NCBI GenBank assembly: GCA_031404455.1
Contig: JANNHP010000127.1
Location: 1-56,330, forward strand
DNA: 56,330 nucleotides
Source of the DNA: Planctomycetia bacterium
Lineage (GTDB): Bacteria; Planctomycetota; JAJSAM01; JAJVHW01
Direction of reading: 5' to 3'
The notes beneath the pieces are model-generated. The model searched no databases and was not told the origin of the DNA. It saw nothing but the letters and a program-made list of their open reading frames with translations. The translations under genes were made by a program, and so were the position numbers. The first letter of the stretch is position 1. Each line of letters begins with the position of its first letter. This document shows positions 49,466 to 56,330 of this stretch, piece by piece.

Positions 49466-50416
49466 TCAGTCCCTCATACGCGGGATCGGCTCGGTGACAC
49501 CGCTCGCGGCGCCGCGCACTCGGGGGACCGGTCGCATCGCAGGTGCGTTCCGGGGGATGTCCACCTGACGCCCGCCGTGGCTCGCGAGGTTCAGAAGGGT
49601 CTCTTCCAGGCGCGCGACCGCGTACGGCATCGTCACGTCGGCGACCTTCTGCACCATTGACTCGAACGAGGTCCCGCCGACGGAGATCGTGTCGTCGGGG
49701 TGCGGTTCGGGCTGCGAGAACTCGATCCCCGAGACTCCCGCCCGGAGTGCCGCGTCGGCGAACGACATCACGTCGCGGAACGGGACCTCCTGGTCGACGT
49801 CGAAGACGACGATCCGCTTCGGCGCCTTCGACCCTTCCGGGGGCTTCATCGCGGCGCAGAGATCGTCCGGAATCGACGTCCCCGAGCGCGCCCAGATCGC
49901 CACCCGGGACTGCGAGATCCCGTCGCCGATCGAGCGCTTCAGGTCGGCGTACGGGAACTGGTGCGTCGCGACCGCGCCCTCGCCGCCGCCGCCTTCGTGC
50001 AGGACTGCGAACGAGACGCGCCAGAGCTTCGCCGACTCGCACGCGCGCAGCAGTCGCTGCACCGCGCCCCACGAGACCGCGCAGTCGATGCGCAGCACGA
50101 CCGACTCCGTGCTGACGGGCGATCGCGCCGCCGTCGGCACGGCGGCCCGGCGCCTCAGAGCAGCGTCGAGGTCGTCGATCGTGATCCGCCGCCCCTCGAG
50201 CACGATCCGGCCGCCTTTCGTGACGTTCACGACGTGGCGGTGCGCCGGGTCCGGGAAGTCCCCGACCGTGCCGATCCGCGGGACGTCGATGCCCGGTGCG
50301 GACTCCTTCGGCGACAGCCGTTCCGTCGTCGGCAGCCCCTCGATCGCCGGGAGCCAGAGGAACACGATGAGCACGAGCGACAACGCCGCGGCGCCGAGCC
50401 CCCACCACGTCTTCAT
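49466..50416 (-). CDS. ExbD/TolR-like protein (N-terminal TM, two ExbD-like periplasmic repeats)
   Basis: VNVTKGGRIVLEGRRITIDDLDAAL...VVLRIDCAVSWGAVQRLL; second IVVFDVDQEVPFRDVMSFADAALRAGVSGIEF. Confidence 0.6.
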   Translation of the reverse strand: MKTWWGLGAAALSLVLIVFLWLPAIEGLPTTERLSPKESAPGIDVPRIGTVGDFPDPAHRHVVNVTKGGRIVLEGRRITIDDLDAALRRRAAVPTAARSPVSTESVVLRIDCAVSWGAVQRLLRACESAKLWRVSFAVLHEGGGGEGAVATHQFPYADLKRSIGDGISQSRVAIWARSGTSIPDDLCAAMKPPEGSKAPKRIVVFDVDQEVPFRDVMSFADAALRAGVSGIEFSQPEPHPDDTISVGGTSFESMVQKVADVTMPYAVARLEETLLNLASHGGRQVDIPRNAPAMRPVPRVRGAASGVTEPIPRMRD

Positions 50417-50458
50417 GCGCGCATCGTAACGCGCGCCGCCGCGGCCGGCGGCTGGCCC

Positions 50459-52438
50459 TCAGTACGTCAGCTTCGTCCCCGCGAGCCCCATCCGGACCCC
50501 GACGGACCGCACGTCGGCGCCGCGCGTCACGGTCACGTCGACCGCGTTGCCGCCCGCCGCGAAGGCGCCGAGGTCGAGACCGGACGCGGCGATCGTGATC
50601 GTTCCCTTCGCGTAGTCCACGGTCGCCTTCGTGATGCCGGGCGCCTTGGCGGTGCGGACCCACGCGTTGCCCTTCTTGACGAACGACGCCGCCGGCAGCA
50701 CGCCCGACGTGAACGTCCCGCCGAAGGCGATCGTCAGGTCCTCGGCGGTGCCTGGCACGACGCCGTCGGTCGCGAAGCCGAGCGCGAGCTTCAGCGAGTC
50801 CTTGCCGGCGCCCTTGAGCGTGGAGGACGCGGCGAGCACGACGAGGTTCGGCGACGCGAGGGCCGGCGGGGCGAGCGAGCCCTTGGCGAGGTTCACCGTG
50901 CCCGTGACTTCGCACGCAGCGTCCTTGAAGCGGATCAGCAGCGGAGAGTTCAGGTCGACTTTGCCCGCGAGGTCGCCGACGACCCTCGCGCTGAACGTGG
51001 CGCGCGACGATCCATTGCTCGCGGGCGTGATCTTCAGCGTGAGACCGCCGCCCGCGAACAGGAGCGACCCGCCCTTCGCGAAGAACGCCGGGATCTGGAA
51101 CGCGAACCCGCCGACGTCGAGCGTCGTCGCCTGCTCGAAGGTCGGGCAACTGCCCTCGCGGTCGATCAGTCCGAGCACGGTCACAGTGGACTTCTCCGGA
51201 TGCGCGGCGTTGACCTTCGCCTTCACCTTCGTCGGCAGGCAGTACCCCGGCGGCGCCGCGACGCCGCCGGAGAGGTCGAACACATACGCCGCGCCGCGGC
51301 CGCCGGTCTTGTTCGGCGCCCCGACGACCGCCGTGCCGCCCACGAGCGCGACCGAGGAGCCGATCTGGTCGTTGAGTGCCGCATCCGAGGGGGTGAGCTG
51401 CAACTGCTCCGTCCAGGTCGTCCCCGTCCGCGTGAAGGCGTAGGCCGCTCCTCTGAACGAGCTCTTCCCGTAGGCGCCGACCACCGCCGCATCGCCCGCG
51501 ACCGCGACCGCGACCGACGCGCCGAACAGGTCAGAGTTCGCCGCATCCGCCGGGACGAGCTTCGCCTGCTGCGTCCAGTTCGTCCCCGTCCGCGTGAAGA
51601 CGTAGGCCGCGCCCTGGTTGGAGACCTTCCGCGGCGCTCCGACCACCGCCGTGTCGCCCGCGACCGCGACCCGGTTGCCGAAGCGGTCGCTCGCCGCCGC
51701 GTCCGCGGCGACGAGCATCGCCAGCTGCGTCCACGTCGTCCCCGTCCGCGTGAAGACATAGGCGACGCCTTGGAAGGAGTCCTTCCCCTCCGCCCCCACG
51801 ATCGCCGTGTCGCCATCGAGCGCGACCGAGACGCCGAACAAGTCGACGTCCGCCGCATCCGCGGGGACGAGCTTCGCCTGCTGCGTCCACGTCGCGCCGC
51901 TGCGCGTGAAGACGTAGGCCGCGCCCCGCAGCGAGCTCTTCTCGTTCGCCCCCACCAGCGCCGTGTCGCCCGCGAGCGCGACCGAGAAGCCGAAGTGATC
52001 GTTGGCCGCCGCATCCGACGCCGTGAGCTTCGCCTGCTCCGTCCAGGTGATCCCCGTCCGCGTGAAGGCGTAGGCCGCGCCCCGCTGCGAGTTGTGGTTG
52101 TACGCGCCCGACACCGCGGTGTCGCCCGCGACCGCGACCGCGCCGCCGAACAGGTCGCTCGCCGCGCCGTCCGTCGCCGTGAGGATCGCCTGCTCGGTCC
52201 ACGTCGTCCCGGCCCGGGTGAAGACGTAGGCCGCGCCCCGGCCGGACGCGTTGCCCGCCGCGCCCACGACCGCCGTGTCGCCCGCGACCGCGACGTAGCC
52301 GAAGAGGCGGGCGCTCGCCGCGTCCGAGGGCGTGAGCTTCGCCTGCTGCGTCCGGACGACGCCCGACGCGATGCCGATCAGGACCGCCAATAACGCCGTC
52401 GCACCGATCGTCCGGCGTCGGAGGGAGCGCACGCGCAC
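50459..52438 (-). CDS. Secreted FG-GAP repeat (7-blade) protein, paralog B
   Basis: GTG 52438 after GAGGTG; 7 repeats QAKL..SD....FG.SVA..GDTAVVGA...GAAYVF; C-terminal domain shared with paralog A. Confidence 0.88.
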   Translation of the reverse strand: MRVRSLRRRTIGATALLAVLIGIASGVVRTQQAKLTPSDAASARLFGYVAVAGDTAVVGAAGNASGRGAAYVFTRAGTTWTEQAILTATDGAASDLFGGAVAVAGDTAVSGAYNHNSQRGAAYAFTRTGITWTEQAKLTASDAAANDHFGFSVALAGDTALVGANEKSSLRGAAYVFTRSGATWTQQAKLVPADAADVDLFGVSVALDGDTAIVGAEGKDSFQGVAYVFTRTGTTWTQLAMLVAADAAASDRFGNRVAVAGDTAVVGAPRKVSNQGAAYVFTRTGTNWTQQAKLVPADAANSDLFGASVAVAVAGDAAVVGAYGKSSFRGAAYAFTRTGTTWTEQLQLTPSDAALNDQIGSSVALVGGTAVVGAPNKTGGRGAAYVFDLSGGVAAPPGYCLPTKVKAKVNAAHPEKSTVTVLGLIDREGSCPTFEQATTLDVGGFAFQIPAFFAKGGSLLFAGGGLTLKITPASNGSSRATFSARVVGDLAGKVDLNSPLLIRFKDAACEVTGTVNLAKGSLAPPALASPNLVVLAASSTLKGAGKDSLKLALGFATDGVVPGTAEDLTIAFGGTFTSGVLPAASFVKKGNAWVRTAKAPGITKATVDYAKGTITIAASGLDLGAFAAGGNAVDVTVTRGADVRSVGVRMGLAGTKLTY

Positions 52439-52577
52439 GGGACACCTCGTCGGTTGGTCCCGTCCATCGACCTGCCTTCGACGTGCGTCCAGCGCCGCGC
52501 GGGGCACTCACGCTACGCGCCCCGGCCGGGCGACCGCGCTACCGTAATCCGCCGCGGGGTGCGACGCGGTCGGCCGG

Positions 52578-54560
52578 TCAGTACGCCAGCTTCGTCCCGG
52601 CGAGCGCCATGCGAACCGCGACCGACCGCGTGTCGGCGCCGCGCGTCACCGTCACCGCGACCGCGTTCCCGCCCGCGGCGAACGTCCCGAGGTCGAGACC
52701 CTTCCCAGCGATGGTGATCGCGCCCTTCGCGTAGTCCACCGTGACCTTGGTGATCCCCGGCGCCTTCGACGTGCCGACCCACGCGTCGCCCTTGCGGACG
52801 AACGAACTCCCGGAGAGCAGCGGCGACGTGTACGCGCCGCCGAAGCTGATCGTCAGATCCTCCCCGGCCGCGGGCACGCCGCCGACCGGGACGAACGCGA
52901 GCGTCAGCTTGAGCGCGTCCTTCCCGCCGCCCTTGACGGTGGCCGCGGCCTTCACGACCGAGAGCGGCGGTGCCCCGACCGCGCGCGGGCCGAGAACACC
53001 TCCCGAGAGGATCGCCGTGCCGATCAGGTCGTTCGCTGCGTCGACGTAGCGCAGCGCCAGCGGACCGTCGAGAGCGGCCTTGCCCGTCAGGTCGCCGACC
53101 GCCTTGAAGGCGAACGTCGCGCGCGAGGAACCGTTCTTCGCGGGCGTGATCTTCAGCGACATCCCGTCCGCGGCGTACGAGAGCGACCTGCCCTTCGCGA
53201 CGAACGCCGGGACGGCGAGATGGAATCCGCCGGCGTCGAACGTCGCGGCCCCGGAGAAGCCGGGCACGCCGCCGCCGGTGTCGAGCGTCCCCGACACGGT
53301 GAGCGAGGACTTCGCGGGACTCGCGGCGCTGACCTTCGCCTTCACCTTCGACGCGAGGCAGTACCCCGGCGGCGGGCCGGCGAGGTCGAACACGTAGGCC
53401 GAGCCCGGACCGGTGGGGTTGCCGAACGTGACGCCCGCGTCCGTGGCCCCGACGAGCGCCGCGTCTCCGTCGACGGCGACCGAGTCGCCGAAGAAGTCCC
53501 CCGCCGCGGGGTGCGCGACCGTCAGCTTCTGCCGCTGCGTCCACGTGGTGCCCGTCCTCGTGAAGACGTAGGCCGCGCCGCGGTTGGAATTCTGCGCGAA
53601 GGCGCCGGCGACCGCCGTGTCGCCGTCGATCGCAAGCGACACGCCGAACGAGTTCCCGCTCACGACGTCCGGGGGGAGGAGCTTCTGCTGCTCGGTCCAA
53701 GTCGTGCCGGCACGCGTGAAGACGTAGACCGCTCCCTGCGCCTGGTTGCGACCGAGCGAGGCGACGACCGCCGTGTCACCCGAGAGCGCGACCGTGAAGC
53801 CGAACGCGTCGTTCACCGCCGAGTCCGACGGCGCGAACTTCTGCTGCTGCGCCCACGTCGTTCCCGTCCGCGTGAAGACGTAGACCGCCCCCCGCGAGGA
53901 GTTCTGCGCGTACGCGCCCACGATGGCCGTGTCGCCCGACACGGCGACCGCGGATCCGAAGTTCTGGAGGTCCTGTCCATCGGCGGCCGTGAGCTTCTGT
54001 TGCTGCGTCCAGGTCGTTCCGGTCCTCGTGAAGACGTACGCGGCTCCCTGCTGGCCGTTCTGCAGGTACGACCCCGCGATCGCGGTGTCGCCGGAGAGCG
54101 CCACCGCCGAACCGACCAGGGACGTGTCCACGACGTCCGCGCCCGTGAGCTTCGCCTGCTGCGTCCAGGTCGTCCCCGTCCGCGTGAAGACGTAGGCCGC
54201 GCCCCGGTTGACATCGGCGCCCTGCGCGCCCACGAGCGCCGTGTCGCCCGAGAGGGCGACTTGACCGAAGGTCTGCCCGGCGGCTGCGTCCGCCGCCGTG
54301 AGCTTCTGTTCCTGCGTCCAGGTCGTGCCCGAGCGCGTGAAGACGTACGCCGCACCCGTGAAGAACGGCCCGACGCCGTCGGCACCCACGAGCGCCGTGT
54401 CCCCGTCGATCGCCACCGAGGTGCCGGCGTCGTCACCGGTCACCCCGTCCGAGGCCACGAGCGTCGCCTCTTGCGTCGGGACGCCGCTCACGCCGAGCGC
54501 GATGCCGACCGCGAGCGCCGGGAACGCGATCGCGCCGAGAATCCTCCGATGGACGCGCAT
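52578..54560 (-). CDS. Secreted FG-GAP repeat (7-blade) protein, paralog A
   Basis: Signal peptide; 7 FG-GAP repeats; C-terminal domain ending MALAGTKLAY. Confidence 0.9.
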   Translation of the reverse strand: MRVHRRILGAIAFPALAVGIALGVSGVPTQEATLVASDGVTGDDAGTSVAIDGDTALVGADGVGPFFTGAAYVFTRSGTTWTQEQKLTAADAAAGQTFGQVALSGDTALVGAQGADVNRGAAYVFTRTGTTWTQQAKLTGADVVDTSLVGSAVALSGDTAIAGSYLQNGQQGAAYVFTRTGTTWTQQQKLTAADGQDLQNFGSAVAVSGDTAIVGAYAQNSSRGAVYVFTRTGTTWAQQQKFAPSDSAVNDAFGFTVALSGDTAVVASLGRNQAQGAVYVFTRAGTTWTEQQKLLPPDVVSGNSFGVSLAIDGDTAVAGAFAQNSNRGAAYVFTRTGTTWTQRQKLTVAHPAAGDFFGDSVAVDGDAALVGATDAGVTFGNPTGPGSAYVFDLAGPPPGYCLASKVKAKVSAASPAKSSLTVSGTLDTGGGVPGFSGAATFDAGGFHLAVPAFVAKGRSLSYAADGMSLKITPAKNGSSRATFAFKAVGDLTGKAALDGPLALRYVDAANDLIGTAILSGGVLGPRAVGAPPLSVVKAAATVKGGGKDALKLTLAFVPVGGVPAAGEDLTISFGGAYTSPLLSGSSFVRKGDAWVGTSKAPGITKVTVDYAKGAITIAGKGLDLGTFAAGGNAVAVTVTRGADTRSVAVRMALAGTKLAY

Positions 54561-54838
54561 CGCTCACCTCGCCGGTTGGTCCCGTCCGCCGACCTGCCTC
54601 GGAACTGCGTCCAGCGCCGCGCGGGGCGCTCACGCTACGCGCGGGGTGTCTCCGCCGGCGCAATCGATGTCGGCGGTCCCGCGGAGAGGCCGCGATGCGG
54701 CGACTCGAAGCTCGATCGTCTCACTCGGGGACGGTCACTCTCCGTGGTGCCGTTCGCCAAATGGCCGGGCCTTCCGGCCCGCCGCGGCGTGCTACCCTCC
54801 ACCCCGTTCGCGCTTGCGGGGCGCGGGAGGAGAACGCT

Positions 54839-56330
54839 ATGCGGCTGCGCCTCGCCGTCGGTTGCGCGCTCGTCCTTGCCGCGGCGGCGCCGGGCTTCGC
54901 GCAGGACTGGTACGAGCCGAACCCGTCGCTCGCCGGGCTCTCGGCCGACGATGCGTACACGCGGGAGTCAGCCCGGTCGCTCCGGACTGCCGGCATCGGC
55001 GTGTTCGCCATCCGCCTCGACGACGCGGGCCGCGTTCTCGTCGCCGGCGGGTCGCGCGTCGCGCGGCTCGACATCGACGGACGGCTCGACCCGACGTTCG
55101 GCGCCGCGGGAGTCGCGGAGCTCCCCGTCTGGGGCGACGTGGCGCCCGAAGGTCTCGAGGTCGACGCCGCGGGACGGATCGTCGTCACCGGCGGTTTCTA
55201 CGAGGAGGGTGCTCTCGGCTATCTGCCTGGATACGACGGCCCCGTGTACGGGGCCGCGCGACTCCTCGCCGACGGCTCCCTCGATCTCTCCTTCTCCGGC
55301 GACGGTCTCCTCGAGCTCGACCGCGCGACCGGCGTCAAGTCCCTCGGCACGGTCCACGCGTCCGGCGGCGACGGCGCGATGCTCGCCGTCGCGGAGAAGG
55401 CAGGTCCTCCCTACGACACGCCCGTCGGTCCCGTCCAAGACATGCTCGTCGGTCTCGTCCGCATCGCTTCCGACGGGACCATCGACGCGACGTACGGCGG
55501 CGGGTTCGCCCAGGTCGCGCGAAGGTCGGCGTACTCCGAGGTCGACTCCGTGGCGGACTTCGCCGTCGACTCCGTGGGCCGAGCCATCGTGGCCGTGCAG
55601 GACGACTACGGGCGCCGGACCGCCTTGCGCCTCGACGCCGCGGGCGGCCCCGACCCGTCGTTCTACGGGTACACGTCGTACGTCCCGGGCTACATCTTCT
55701 GGGACTCGTTCGCGGCTTCGCAGATCGCGCTCGACGGCGCGGGACGCATCGTCGGCCTCACGGGCACGGGCGTCTTGCGGCGTCTCCCGGACGGCGCGCC
55801 CGACCCCACGTTCGCGGGCGACGGGCACGCCTGGCTTCGGGCGACGGGCTTCCCCCCCGACGTCATCGCCCTGTCCGTCGGCTTTCGGGACAGCAGAGAG
55901 CTCGCCGGTTTCAGCGCCGAGCTCTGCGCCGTCGTGGGCGCCGACCCCGACTACGACGGCGACCCGTTGTGCGACGGAGGAGGGTTCCTCGCCGTCGCGA
56001 CGCGCGCCGACCGCTGGGCGCTCGCGAAACTCGTCCAGTACCGCGACGCGAAGGGCCGCATGGTCGCGCACGGGATCGGCGTCCAGACGATCGACCCCGC
56101 CGACCCCGGCGCGATCGTCTCGACGTCGTACCGCTTCCCCGGCCGGCGCTCCGGCCGGCTCGCGGGCCTCGCCATCACGCCCGACGGGACGGCGGCGTAC
56201 GCGCTCGGCTACACGTTCGTCCTGCGCGTGGACCTCGCCCACCCGACGCCCGCGCCGCTGCCCGATCTCCGCGTCCAATGGGCCGGCTTCCCGCGCGCAG
56301 TCGACTTCGGCGGCGGCCGCTATCGCGTGA
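54839..56330 (+). CDS. Secreted delta-60-repeat (DUF5122-like) beta-propeller protein; runs off the window end
   Basis: Not in the ORF track. GGAGGAG RBS, MRLRLAVGCALVLAAAAPGFAQ..., repeats RLDIDGRLDPTFG, RLLADGSLDLSFSGDG, RIASDGTIDATYG, RLPDGAPDPTFAGDG. Confidence 0.82.
   Translation, partial: MRLRLAVGCALVLAAAAPGFAQDWYEPNPSLAGLSADDAYTRESARSLRTAGIGVFAIRLDDAGRVLVAGGSRVARLDIDGRLDPTFGAAGVAELPVWGDVAPEGLEVDAAGRIVVTGGFYEEGALGYLPGYDGPVYGAARLLADGSLDLSFSGDGLLELDRATGVKSLGTVHASGGDGAMLAVAEKAGPPYDTPVGPVQDMLVGLVRIASDGTIDATYGGGFAQVARRSAYSEVDSVADFAVDSVGRAIVAVQDDYGRRTALRLDAAGGPDPSFYGYTSYVPGYIFWDSFAASQIALDGAGRIVGLTGTGVLRRLPDGAPDPTFAGDGHAWLRATGFPPDVIALSVGFRDSRELAGFSAELCAVVGADPDYDGDPLCDGGGFLAVATRADRWALAKLVQYRDAKGRMVAHGIGVQTIDPADPGAIVSTSYRFPGRRSGRLAGLAITPDGTAAYALGYTFVLRVDLAHPTPAPLPDLRVQWAGFPRAVDFGGGRYRV

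Noticed and set aside
51280-54480. Regularly spaced repeats such as CGCGTGAAGACGTAGGCCGC resembling a CRISPR array
   Set aside because: They are in-frame coding FG-GAP repeats with ~150-bp periodicity and wobble variation; no cas genes are present.
4370-56330. Many long overlapping ORFs in the track (e.g. 8083-11613 -, 8175-11876 +, 21473-25354 -, 44535-48893 -, 53220-56330 +)
   Set aside because: They are Arg/Ala/Pro-rich shadow or antisense frames expected at this GC content; each overlaps a motif-supported gene.

Overview
Very GC-rich bacterial DNA. The ECF sigma factor with a long C-terminal extension, PEP-CTERM-type protein, prenyltransferase-repeat and FG-GAP surface proteins suggest Planctomycetota (inference only). 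The dominant feature is a ~21 kb locus (3311-24253). It encodes three multiheme c-type cytochromes (10, 15 and 18 CxxCH motifs, 43 in total), a predicted outer-membrane beta-barrel lipoprotein, a double GlcG/HbpS heme-binding protein, a 4-His cytochrome-b-like membrane protein, a fusion of two cNMP-binding domains to a 4x[4Fe-4S] DmsB/NrfC-type ferredoxin, four FHA-domain proteins, an FHA-GAF-adenylate cyclase and a class II cyclic-nucleotide phosphodiesterase. Together these look like a candidate cAMP/phosphothreonine-gated trans-envelope electron conduit. Other content: blaI/M56 with a clear operator-promoter, a ubiD truncated head-on against an EEP-family gene stub, fbaB, a type III R-M pair, korAB, a frameshifted GNAT, HlyD and prenyltransferase-repeat genes, a direct-repeat-flanked ECF/NrsF/beta-propeller cassette, gltA, two FG-GAP paralogs and a delta-60-repeat gene running off the right end. 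REP-like palindromes repeatedly mark the borders of accessory genes. No rRNA, tRNA, CRISPR array or transposase was seen. Family assignments come from motifs read by eye; no database search was run.
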